64,000 nt of DNA from Lentisphaeria bacterium (lineage in GTDB: Bacteria; Verrucomicrobiota; Lentisphaeria; JABSQK01; JAWLHB01): contig JAWLHB010000021.1 of NCBI GenBank assembly GCA_041690595.1, forward strand, positions 70,599 to 134,598. The letters are read 5' to 3'. The notes below the pieces were generated by a model, which had not been told where the DNA came from, made no database searches, and saw only the letters and a program-made list of their open reading frames with translations. This document shows positions 1 to 7,991 of this stretch, in pieces (the stretch's first letter is position 1; every line of letters starts with the position of its first letter). The translations under genes were made by a program, and so were the position numbers.

Positions 1-94
1 ACGCCGCCGGCGCCAGACCAAAGAGGAGGCAGAGGCAGCAGGAGGCTGCGAGCAGCTTGACGCAAGGCCGCAACAGATGACGATGACACGACAT
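1..94 (-). CDS. 5' end of a CDS running off the left edge; visible N-terminus MSCHRHLLRPCVKLLAASCCLCLLFGLAPAA looks like a secretion signal
   Basis: My own minus-strand translation (too short for the ORF track). ATG at 94. GGAGAGGAG (complement of 107-115) lies 12 nt upstream. A basic n-region is followed by a hydrophobic stretch. Only 31 codons are visible. Confidence 0.3.
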   Translation of the reverse strand, partial: MSCHRHLLRPCVKLLAASCCLCLLFGLAPAA

Positions 95-196
95 AAAGGC
101 AAAGGTCTCCTCTCCCCGGGTTCACGCAGTCGCAGCCCAATCCGGCTGATCTGCGCCGTAATGGCGATGATCCATGAGCGCCTCCGCATCATCTAC

Positions 197-202
197 TATA
201 GT
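197..202 (+). promoter_or_regulatory. candidate -10 box TATAGT upstream of tyrS
   Basis: Member of a family of intergenic TATAGT(A) boxes in this window that all point at the downstream gene. This one is ~180 nt before the tyrS ATG. Confidence 0.3.
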
Positions 203-266
203 GCATCTGGTCTCGCCATTTCATTCTGAGTGGTGCAGGCGACGGCAGCCCCCCGAATATGGCGGT

Positions 267-329
267 ATGGACGGCAGAGGACGCAGAGGAAGAATAGGAC
301 TGACGGGATGGACGGGATGGAGCGACGGG
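267..329 (+). repeat. degenerate tandem 9-nt repeat with invariant GGA core in the tyrS leader
   Basis: Read directly: ATGGACGGC AGAGGACGC AGAGGAAGA ATAGGACTG ACGGGATGG ACGGGATGG AGCGACGGG. GGA occurs at 269, 279, 288, 297, 306 and 315. Confidence 0.7.
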
Positions 330-379
330 TTGCGCCGAAGGGGAAGGGCGGGTATTGTTCAGTTTGTGCCGTTGACGCG

Positions 380-1690
380 ATGAAACCCACTACCCCTGCC
401 ACTATCATGAGCGATGCTTTTACCGTGCTCCAGGAACGGGGCTTCTTCTATCAGATGACGGATGAGGATGTTGTCAAGGAACGACTGCAGAATCATCAGG
501 TGACCTTCTATGTCGGCTTCGATCCTACCGGGGCCAGCCTGCATCTGGGCCACTTGTTGCCAGTCATGGCAGCGCGCTTTCTGCAACAGCACGGACATCG
601 GGCCATCATGCTGGTGGGTGGCGGTACCGCGCTGGTGGGCGATCCGTCCGGAAAGACCGAAATGCGCCAGATGCTCACGCCGGAGACGATCGCGGCCAAT
701 GCGGCGTCTATCAAGGGACAGATCGGGCGCTACCTGGATTTCTCTACCGCGGAGAAGGCCATTCTGGTCAACAATGCCGACTGGCTCAGCGACCTGAAGT
801 ACATCGAGTTTCTGCGGGACATCGGCAAGCACTTCAGCGTCAACAAGATGCTCGCCGCGGAGTCGGTGAAGAGCCGCCTGGAGACCGGACTTTCCTTCCT
901 GGAGTTCAACTACATGCTCCTGCAGGCGTATGACTTCTACGTGCTGGCGCGCGAAGAGGCGTGCGAGTTTCAGTTTGGCGGCCAGGATCAATGGGGCAAC
1001 ATCGTGGCCGGGGTGGACCTGACCCGGCGAATGCTGGCGCGCCCTGTCTATGGGGCGACCTTTCCGCTGCTGACGAATGCCCAGGGGCAGAAGTTCGGCA
1101 AGTCGGTCGCCGGCGCGGTCTGGTTGGACAGTGCTCGCACGAGCGTCTTCGACTTTTATCAGTTCTGGCGGAATGTGGACGATGTGGACGTGCGCAAGCT
1201 GCTGGCCCTGTTCACCACCCTGCCGATGGACGAGGTGCGGCGGCTGGGCGCCCTGGAAGCGCCGGCCATCAACCGTGCCAAGGAGATCCTCGCCTTCGAG
1301 GCAACCGCGCTCGCCCACGGTGAGGAAGCGGCGCGGCAGGCCTACGTCGCGGCGTGCGGGCAGTTCGGCGCGGCCGATGCAAGTGGCGAGATCCCCACCA
1401 GCAGCGCCATCAGGGAGATCAAGCTCAAGCGCGTGGATGACAACCTGCCGACGGTGACGGTTTCAGGGAAGGAGGTCGGCGAGGGGTTGTGGATCGTCAA
1501 GCTGATGGTGGACGCGGGGCTTGCGAAGAGCAACGGCGAGGCAAGGCGCCTGATCCAGGGGGGCGGTGCCTATGTGAATGACGAGAAAGTGGAAACGCCC
1601 GATCGCGTGATCAAACCGGAGGATTTCGCTGGCGGGCAGTGCCTGTTGCGCTCCGGTAAGAAGACCATCCGCCGAGTTCTGCTCGGCTGA
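380..1690 (+). CDS. tyrS: tyrosine--tRNA ligase (class I aaRS with C-terminal S4-like domain)
   Basis: ORF 230..1690 carries a HIGH-type motif (ASLHLGHLLP) and a KMSKS-type loop (KFGKSV). The N-terminus FTVLQERGFFYQMTDE aligns with bacterial TyrS, and the C-terminus has GEARRLIQGGGAYVNDEKV (S4 fold). Start taken at ATG 380; ATG 407 is equally possible. 230-379 is treated as leader. Confidence 0.92.
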   Translation: MKPTTPATIMSDAFTVLQERGFFYQMTDEDVVKERLQNHQVTFYVGFDPTGASLHLGHLLPVMAARFLQQHGHRAIMLVGGGTALVGDPSGKTEMRQMLTPETIAANAASIKGQIGRYLDFSTAEKAILVNNADWLSDLKYIEFLRDIGKHFSVNKMLAAESVKSRLETGLSFLEFNYMLLQAYDFYVLAREEACEFQFGGQDQWGNIVAGVDLTRRMLARPVYGATFPLLTNAQGQKFGKSVAGAVWLDSARTSVFDFYQFWRNVDDVDVRKLLALFTTLPMDEVRRLGALEAPAINRAKEILAFEATALAHGEEAARQAYVAACGQFGAADASGEIPTSSAIREIKLKRVDDNLPTVTVSGKEVGEGLWIVKLMVDAGLAKSNGEARRLIQGGGAYVNDEKVETPDRVIKPEDFAGGQCLLRSGKKTIRRVLLG

Positions 1691-1717
1691 CCCCGCGCGG
1701 GCTCACCGGATCCAACC

Positions 1718-2614
1718 ATGACTGACAAGCTTCCTTTCGAGACGCCCGATCCGGAGAGCAACGCGCGGCTGGAGGACTGCTCCTTTCGTGAGCGCGATCT
1801 GCGCCGTCTGCGGCTGGCGCTGATGAAGGTCAATGGCCTGGTGCTCTGCAGCGGTCCGGCCGATTCCGGAAAGCGGACGACCCTCTATGCCTGCGCGCGG
1901 CACCTGGACGAACCGCAGCGCAAACTGGTGACGCTGGAACGCCAGTTGCGGGGCGAGCTGCCGACGGCGACGCGTCTTGAGCTTGGCGAAGAGGCGGCCC
2001 TGCAGGCGCCGCTGCTGATGCAATCGGCCATGCGCGCCGCGGCGGATGTCATTGTCCTGGAGGATCTTGTGGGCGAGCTGGTGCTGCCGCTGGCGCTGCG
2101 GGCGGCCTTGACCAGCCAGCTGGTGGTGGCACGGCTGGCTGCCGCCGATACTGCCGCGGCTTTCGAGTATGTGATGGTCCACAATCCCCTCCCTTTTCAT
2201 GTGACCGACGTCTTTCGCCTGGTAGTCAGCCAGCGGCTGGTTCCCCGTCTCTGCCCATCCTGTCGCCATCTTCAGGAGCCGACCGCGGAGGAACTGGAAT
2301 GGCTTGCCGCCGTGGCCTCCCTGCACAAGTTGCAGCCCGAGCAGCTGCCCACACGCTTCTACGCCGCCGACGGCTGCGACAGCTGCGAGCAAAATGGACG
2401 GCTGGGCCGGCTCCTGATCGCCGAATTGCTGCCGCGCTCCGATCGCCTGATGAATGCCGTTCGCGAGCAACTGCCATTCGCCAATCTGCGCCGCTTTGCC
2501 TTTGCGGAGGGGCTGACCGAGCACATCGCCATCGACGGCATCGAGAAGGCCGCGGCAGGGGCCATCAGCCTGAGCGATCTGCGAGCAGCGCTCCGCGATG
2601 ATCCCTGCCTTTGA
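1718..2614 (+). CDS. stand-alone GspE/PilB-family secretion-ATPase C-terminal domain with degenerate catalytic motifs
   Basis: ATG lies 27 nt after the tyrS stop. Family layout is present: GLVLCSGPADSGKRTTLYA (Walker A region), VIVLEDL (Walker B region), and the tetracysteine CPSC...DGCDSC. Deviations: GK-R instead of GK-T/S, Asp-box acidic residues and both His-box histidines are not recognisable, and there is no N-terminal domain. Confidence 0.7.
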   Translation: MTDKLPFETPDPESNARLEDCSFRERDLRRLRLALMKVNGLVLCSGPADSGKRTTLYACARHLDEPQRKLVTLERQLRGELPTATRLELGEEAALQAPLLMQSAMRAAADVIVLEDLVGELVLPLALRAALTSQLVVARLAAADTAAAFEYVMVHNPLPFHVTDVFRLVVSQRLVPRLCPSCRHLQEPTAEELEWLAAVASLHKLQPEQLPTRFYAADGCDSCEQNGRLGRLLIAELLPRSDRLMNAVREQLPFANLRRFAFAEGLTEHIAIDGIEKAAAGAISLSDLRAALRDDPCL

Positions 2615-2617
2615 CGA

Positions 2618-4024
2618 TCATCCCAGCTCGTACTTCCGCAGCTTCGCGTGCAGCGTAGCGCGGCTGACGCCGAGCAACTTGGCCGCTCCCGTGCGATTCT
2701 CGTCCGCCATTTCCAGAGCGGCGGCGACCATGGCGCGATCGACCAGATCCATGAAGATGCTGTGCGCATTGTCGCCGGCATGGGTGGAGAGGTAGTCCTT
2801 GACAACTTCCGCCATCTGCTGCTGACGCGATTCGCCTTCGACGGGGGTAACCCCTTCGTCGGAGTTGAGCACATGCTCGACATCCTTCTTGCGGATCGGA
2901 TAGCCGCGCGTGTAGACCAGCAGCCGCTTGATGCAATGTTCCAGCTCGCGGACATTGCCGGGCCAGGAATATTGCCGGAGGATCTTCATCCCCTCGGCGG
3001 ACATGGTGGCCTGTTGGAAGCCGAGCTGTTCGCTGAAGAGCGAGATGAAGTGATGGACGAGCTGCACGATATCGTCTCGGCGTTCCCGCAGGGGAGGGAC
3101 CGTGACCGAGAGAACGTTGAGGCGATGATAGAGGTCCTCGCGGAAGTTGCCTTCCCGGATAGCCACCTCCAGATCTCGGTTGGTTGCCGCGATAACGCGG
3201 ACATCGACAGGTATGAGTTCGCTTCCTCCCACCCGCTCGATCTTGCGCTCCTGGAGGGCGCGGAGGATCTTGACCTGGGTGCTGGTGGGCATTTCGCCGA
3301 TTTCGTCGAGGAAGAGGGTGCCGGCCTTGGCGCGCTCGAACTTGCCGATGCGGGTTTCGCGGGCGCCGGTGAAAGCGCCCTTCTCGTGGCCGAACAGCTC
3401 GTCCTCCAGAAGGGTCTCGGGAATGGCGGCGCAGTTGACCATGACCAGCGGTCCTTCGCTGCGGGGACTGTGTTCATGGATGGCGCGGGTGATGAGTTCC
3501 TTGCCGGTACCGGTTTCCCCGCGGATGAGGACGGTGGCATTGTTGCCGGCAACGCGGCCGATCGTCTTGTAGACCTCCTGCATGGCGGGGCTGTCGCCAA
3601 CGATGCTTTGCTCGGCAAGCCGCCCATCCGCATTGCCGAACTCGATGCTGTCTCCTTCGATGCGGCGGCAATCGAGTGCATTCTCGATGCTCGTGAGCAT
3701 CTTCTCGGGATCGAAGGGCTTCAACTGGTAATCGAAGGCGCCCATCTTCGTTGCCTGGATGGCACGATCGGTGGTGCTGTAAGCGGTCATGATGATGACC
3801 GGCAGGTTGGGCCGCTTTTCATGGACAATCTCGAAGACCTCGAGGCCGGTCATGCCGCCGAGGTGAATGTCCATAACCAGCAGATCGGGCGGATTGTCCT
3901 CGATCGCCGGCAGGGCGGCTTCTCCACTGGACGCCGTTCGCACATGATGATTCAGGTCGGCGAGAAGCGCTTTGAATGCCTCCAGAACGCGCTTTTCGTC
4001 GTCTACGATAAGAATGTCGGCCAT
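2618..4024 (-). CDS. NtrC-family sigma54-dependent response regulator (REC + AAA+ + Fis-type HTH)
   Basis: ORF 2618..4333 trimmed to ATG 4024, with GAGGGAG 6 nt upstream. Receiver: ILIVDDE, DLLVMDIHLGGMTG. AAA+: GETGTGKE, GAFTGA, LFLDEIGE. C-terminal HTH: AAKLLGVSRATLHAKLRKY. Confidence 0.93.
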   Translation of the reverse strand: MADILIVDDEKRVLEAFKALLADLNHHVRTASSGEAALPAIEDNPPDLLVMDIHLGGMTGLEVFEIVHEKRPNLPVIIMTAYSTTDRAIQATKMGAFDYQLKPFDPEKMLTSIENALDCRRIEGDSIEFGNADGRLAEQSIVGDSPAMQEVYKTIGRVAGNNATVLIRGETGTGKELITRAIHEHSPRSEGPLVMVNCAAIPETLLEDELFGHEKGAFTGARETRIGKFERAKAGTLFLDEIGEMPTSTQVKILRALQERKIERVGGSELIPVDVRVIAATNRDLEVAIREGNFREDLYHRLNVLSVTVPPLRERRDDIVQLVHHFISLFSEQLGFQQATMSAEGMKILRQYSWPGNVRELEHCIKRLLVYTRGYPIRKKDVEHVLNSDEGVTPVEGESRQQQMAEVVKDYLSTHAGDNAHSIFMDLVDRAMVAAALEMADENRTGAAKLLGVSRATLHAKLRKYELG

Positions 4025-4160
4025 GAAATGCTCCCTCGGGGAAGAGCACAAGGTTGAGGTCACCGGCAGAAACGGGTGATGGTCTTTCTCGTGCGTGCTA
4101 TCGGTAATGGGTGTGGTATGCCGTGACAGTTGATATGTTGAGAGAGTGCTTGATATGGGT

Positions 4161-5414
4161 TTACTCGAGCGGCAGGCGAATCGCGAAGACCGTGCTGCCG
4201 GGACGTGAAAATTCGAGACGGAGCGAACCGGAATGCTGTTCGATGATCCGCGAACAGATGGCGAGGCCCAGGCCGGTGCCATCGTCGCGGGTGCTGTAGA
4301 AGGGATCGAAGATCTTTGCGGCATTGTCGGCATCTATGCCGGGGCCGTTGTCTTCAACGAAAATCACCACTGTCCGTCGTCCATTCAGGGAGTCATCAGT
4401 GCGACTGGAAATCGTGATGGTGCCATTTGACTCGACGGACTGCAAGGCGTTGCGGATGAGGTTGATCAGCACCTGTTTGATCTGATCGGGATCCACTTTG
4501 ACCGCGGGCAGATGCGGCTGATCCTGCCGCAGGATGCGGATGGCGCTGGCCGACACCTGATCTTCGAGAAGCTCCACGGTCTGGTCGATGATCTCGCTGA
4601 CCGCGGCCGTGATCAACTCGGGCTGCTTAGGCCGTGAGAAGGCGAGGAAATCCTGGATGATCTGCTCCAGGTAAACGATCTCTTCCGAGATGATGCGCAG
4701 GTGGTTGGACTCTTCGGGACGCCCCTTGACGCAGCGGCTCAGGGTGTGCAGGCGCATTCGAATGGCGGTGAGGGGGTTGCGAATCTCATGGACCACGCCC
4801 GCCGCCAGTTTGCCGACTGCTACCATCTTCTCGTCCGCCATCAAACGTCTCTGCGCTTCGGTAAGGCGCTCCTGGTGCTGCAGGAGGTCATTGATCACCT
4901 CGGAAAGATGGCGCCCCATCACCTTCAGCTCGCGCGTCACTACCGCCGAGGAGGGTTCACCGCCCAGCAGGTTGGCGATTCCGCCGATGCGTTGCCCGCC
5001 GGGCAAGGCGCTCGCAGGTGGGGCCACCACGCCCGCCACCACCGGCGGCTGCCCTTCATGGCTGCCCATGTAAACGCCCGTGATCAGCAGTGGCGTGTAG
5101 TGGCCGTCGGCATGCTTGAAGCGGTAGATGCCCTGTATCAGCGGCCATACGCCATTGACGTGTCGCTTGACGTCCCCCATGAAGAGGCGTCTGTCTTCCA
5201 GATGCATGCAGCGCAACCAGAAGCGGCCATCTTCGAAGCCGCAGAATCGCGGATAGCCCAGCAGTCCGCGTGCAGACGAGGAGACAAAGACCTGATTATG
5301 CTGCCGATCCCAGTTCCATACGCCCGCATTGTCCGGTGTTTGACCGGCAGGATGATTCACACTTGTCTCCTCGGACCAACTCTCGGCGCGTTCCATTTCT
5401 TGCCTGTGTTCCAC
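4161..5414 (-). CDS. cytoplasmic PAS-domain sensor histidine kinase (NtrB/AtoS-like), partner of the downstream NtrC-type regulator
   Basis: H-box HEIRNPLTAI; N/G boxes LINLIRNALQS, EDNGPGI, GTGLGLAI. The N-terminal half is PAS-like (VWNWD...FVSSSARGLLGY). No TM segment. Start is GTG 5414 or ATG 5396. Confidence 0.88.
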   Translation of the reverse strand: MEHRQEMERAESWSEETSVNHPAGQTPDNAGVWNWDRQHNQVFVSSSARGLLGYPRFCGFEDGRFWLRCMHLEDRRLFMGDVKRHVNGVWPLIQGIYRFKHADGHYTPLLITGVYMGSHEGQPPVVAGVVAPPASALPGGQRIGGIANLLGGEPSSAVVTRELKVMGRHLSEVINDLLQHQERLTEAQRRLMADEKMVAVGKLAAGVVHEIRNPLTAIRMRLHTLSRCVKGRPEESNHLRIISEEIVYLEQIIQDFLAFSRPKQPELITAAVSEIIDQTVELLEDQVSASAIRILRQDQPHLPAVKVDPDQIKQVLINLIRNALQSVESNGTITISSRTDDSLNGRRTVVIFVEDNGPGIDADNAAKIFDPFYSTRDDGTGLGLAICSRIIEQHSGSLRLEFSRPGSTVFAIRLPLE

Positions 5415-5477
5415 GGAAAGGCCGCGGACCCGGAAGGGCCGGATCAGTAGCCAGTTTTCTTTTCAGGTGCTTGTCAT

Positions 5478-5483
5478 ACTATA
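5478..5483 (-). promoter_or_regulatory. candidate -10 box TATAGT (minus strand) for the kinase/NtrC operon
   Basis: Complement of ACTATA. It lies 64 nt upstream of the kinase start and has the same TATAGTA context as other boxes in the window. Confidence 0.35.
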
Positions 5484-5522
5484 GATGCAAAGCGATCGTG
5501 CCGGCCACTTTCGGCAGGCGTC

Positions 5523-5540
5523 TGTAAAGTTTTCTTTACA
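5523..5540. promoter_or_regulatory. perfect inverted repeat TGTAAAG-N4-CTTTACA, candidate enhancer (UAS) for the NtrC-type activator
   Basis: Read directly. It lies ~90 bp upstream of the -24/-12 element. A third TGTAAAG half-site is at 5589..5595. Confidence 0.35.
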
Positions 5541-5625
5541 TGCTTTCCGCCTTACGTCCCGTTAGACTGGCATGAGCTTTTCTGAGCCTGTAAAGAAGGA
5601 TGCGGAGGTATCTTTCTTGGGGAAG

Positions 5626-5641
5626 TGGCAGGATCCCTGCT
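5626..5641 (+). promoter_or_regulatory. sigma54-type -24/-12 promoter TGGCAG-N5-CTGCT
   Basis: GG (5627-5628) and GC (5639-5640) are separated by exactly 10 nt, as in the TGGCAC-N5-TTGCW consensus. The element is 77 nt upstream of ATG 5718, and an EBP gene is encoded divergently. Confidence 0.45.
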
Positions 5642-5717
5642 ATGTTCATATGGGTCTAAGAAATTCTTGAAAAAAGTTTGCCAGGCGGCTGAGATTCTGC
5701 CATGAAAGGAGTTGCCG

Positions 5718-7991
5718 ATGCTGAGTAGATGGCTTCCGTGGAAGTTTCTCGTTCGCCATGCGATGCGTCGCATGGGCTTTGTGGATCCCTTCACGTTGAT
5801 GGCCAGATTACGTCGATTTGCCCAGCCCTCGAATGTGCAGGAACCGATCGAACTGCTGCGTGCCGGCATAGCGTTTCATGCCAGGGGTCTGATCAACACT
5901 CGCGCCATCCAGCACAATCTGGATTGGGTCTGGCCCTATTGGGTGGAGCGTCAGTTCAGCCCGGACGATCCATCTTTCATTCCCCGCGCCTTTTCCTTCA
6001 GTCACGTGAACCTGAGTCACCGGAATTGGACCGCCGTAGGTCAGCCGGACTGGCCTGTCTACCCGATCGTCGACCCCCGCGGGTTGGTGACGCCGCTCTA
6101 CGACGGCTGGTCAGTGGACGCGTGGGTCCGAGGCGAGGAACATACGCTGCTGCCCAGCAAGCTGGCGGAAGCGGAGCAGGAGTTGCGACTCGACCCGAAC
6201 CTGGAGATCATCACCCGCGCCAGCCGCCATGGCATGCAGATGTGCAGCAGTGTTCAGCTGCTGGCGGTCAACCGCCTGCCTCTGCTGCGGGTGGAAGTAA
6301 CGGCGCAGGGGGAGGTGGGGGGAGCGCTGATCGTGGCAATTCGCCCCTATAATCCGGAAGGCATCCAGTTCATCGAGTACATCGATTACGTGCCCGACGC
6401 GCTCAGTGTGCAGGTGGAGAAGGAACACCGCCTCTGCTTCAACGAACCACCGGATCGCGTTCTGCTGGCGGACTACGAAGAAGGGGATGTGCTGCAACAC
6501 ATTGCACTGCCGGAAGCACCGCGTCACAAGGTGCACTGCAAGGTCGGCATGGCCACCGCGGCCGCGATTTTCGATCTTGGCCCGACCGGGAACCGCACGG
6601 TGTCGTGGGAGATGCAGCTTCCGATCCAGCCGATCGAGAGCACCGGAAGCCACAAGCATGAATGGCAACCGCCCGCCAACCCACGAAGTTGGAAGGAGGC
6701 GCTGGCAGGCATCGCCCGCCTGACGTTGCCCGATCCACTTTACCAGCAGCTCTACGACAGCGCCGTGCGTACGCTGCTGCTCCTTTCCGCCGATGAAATT
6801 GTCCCCGGCCCCTACACCTACCGGCGGTTCTGGTTCCGGGATGCCAGCCTGATGATGAATGCGCTGCTGGTTCTCGGTCTCAGCGAGCGATGCCGCCAGG
6901 CCCTGGCCCGCTTTCCGCGACGACAGGCGCATGACGGCTACTTCCGTTCACAGGAAGGCGAATGGGATTCCAATGGACAGGTGCTCTGGATCTACAACCG
7001 CTATCGGCGCTGTACCGGTAAGCCGCTGAAGGACGAGTGGGTGCAGGCCATCGTTCGCGGCGCCAGATGGATCGAGCAGAAGCGTCAGCAGACGTCGAAT
7101 CAGGGTGCTCATGCGGGGCTCTTTCCCCCCGGCTTCAGCGCCGAACACTTTGGGCCGAACGACTATTACTATTGGGACGACTTCTGGGCGGTGGCGGGGC
7201 TGGCTGGGGCTGCAGAGGTGCTTACGGAATGTGGCAACGAGGTGTTGGCGCAACGCTTCCGCGAAGAGGGTGAATCGTTCATGAGGACGATACTGAGCAG
7301 CGTCGATGTCGCCGCCTCACGCTGCAAAGGCGCCTGGCCCGCGGCTCCCTATCGGCGCCTGGATGCCGGTGCCATCGGGGTGGTCGTGGCGGATTATCCC
7401 TTGCAGTTGGTCCCGCCAAATCATGAACCCCTGCAAAGCACCATCGACTACTTGAGCAAACAATGCTTTCACCGCGGCGCTTTTTTTCAGGACATGATCC
7501 ATTCCGGCATCAATGTCTACCTGACGCTGACGATTGCGCAGGCGCATTTGCGCGCCGGCAACAGCGACTACCGCAACCTCATCGATGCCGTGGCGGGCAT
7601 GGCGTCGCCGACATATCAATGGCCCGAGGCAATTCATCCGCGGACCGATGGGGGCTGCATGGGCGATGGTCAACACGGTTGGGCTGCCGCGGAGTGGGTG
7701 CTGATGATTCGAAATCTCTTTGTACGGGAAGAAGGGGAAGAGCTGGTGCTGGGCTCCGGGCTCTATCCCCGTTGGCTCACCCACGATACGGAATTGAGCT
7801 TCGGGCCGACGCTTACCCCCTGGGGCAGCCTGACGGTACGCTTTGCCTTGCGCGGTGGAGAGCTGTTTTTCAGCCTGGACAGCAACTGGCGCGACACCGC
7901 GCCACCCTTGCGGGTAAGCGTACCCGGCTATCGGGAGACAATCGTCAGAGAACCTGCGGAAGATCTGCTGATCGAGAGGAGATCTGAATGA
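5718..7991 (+). CDS. large (alpha/alpha)6-barrel glycosidase-like protein (GH15/GH63-like); substrate unknown
   Basis: ORF 5712..7991 with AAAGGAG 6 nt before ATG 5718. Motifs YTYRRFWFRDASLMMNAL, QEGEWDSNGQVLW and DGQHGWAAAEW resemble glucoamylase-type six-hairpin enzymes. The long N-terminal region is not recognised. Confidence 0.6.
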   Translation: MLSRWLPWKFLVRHAMRRMGFVDPFTLMARLRRFAQPSNVQEPIELLRAGIAFHARGLINTRAIQHNLDWVWPYWVERQFSPDDPSFIPRAFSFSHVNLSHRNWTAVGQPDWPVYPIVDPRGLVTPLYDGWSVDAWVRGEEHTLLPSKLAEAEQELRLDPNLEIITRASRHGMQMCSSVQLLAVNRLPLLRVEVTAQGEVGGALIVAIRPYNPEGIQFIEYIDYVPDALSVQVEKEHRLCFNEPPDRVLLADYEEGDVLQHIALPEAPRHKVHCKVGMATAAAIFDLGPTGNRTVSWEMQLPIQPIESTGSHKHEWQPPANPRSWKEALAGIARLTLPDPLYQQLYDSAVRTLLLLSADEIVPGPYTYRRFWFRDASLMMNALLVLGLSERCRQALARFPRRQAHDGYFRSQEGEWDSNGQVLWIYNRYRRCTGKPLKDEWVQAIVRGARWIEQKRQQTSNQGAHAGLFPPGFSAEHFGPNDYYYWDDFWAVAGLAGAAEVLTECGNEVLAQRFREEGESFMRTILSSVDVAASRCKGAWPAAPYRRLDAGAIGVVVADYPLQLVPPNHEPLQSTIDYLSKQCFHRGAFFQDMIHSGINVYLTLTIAQAHLRAGNSDYRNLIDAVAGMASPTYQWPEAIHPRTDGGCMGDGQHGWAAAEWVLMIRNLFVREEGEELVLGSGLYPRWLTHDTELSFGPTLTPWGSLTVRFALRGGELFFSLDSNWRDTAPPLRVSVPGYRETIVREPAEDLLIERRSE

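Noticed and set aside
203-379. T-box riboswitch in the tyrS leader; small ORF 174..383; the 230-379 extension of the tyrS ORF
   Set aside because: I could not find the T-box consensus (AANNNGGGTGGTACCGCG-like) or a specifier-loop arrangement. The ORF translations here are Arg/Gly repeats produced by the 9-nt GGA periodicity.
2648-4057. 469-aa ORF antisense to the NtrC-type regulator (same class: 359..1318, 1703..2524, 6111..6932, 7928..8692, 10148..11233, 12113..12871, 14345..15586, 16064..17218, 17337..18329, 22518..23549, 24478..25236, 28933..30192, 30644..31759, 33212..34813, 35573..36712, 37699..38550, 38570..39625, 40589..41704, 42050..43105, 49523..50668, 51204..52838, 56833..58023, 61009..62361, 62548..63384)
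   Set aside because: Each overlaps a CDS with strong family motifs or better gene context on the other strand or frame. All are typical GC-rich shadow ORFs.
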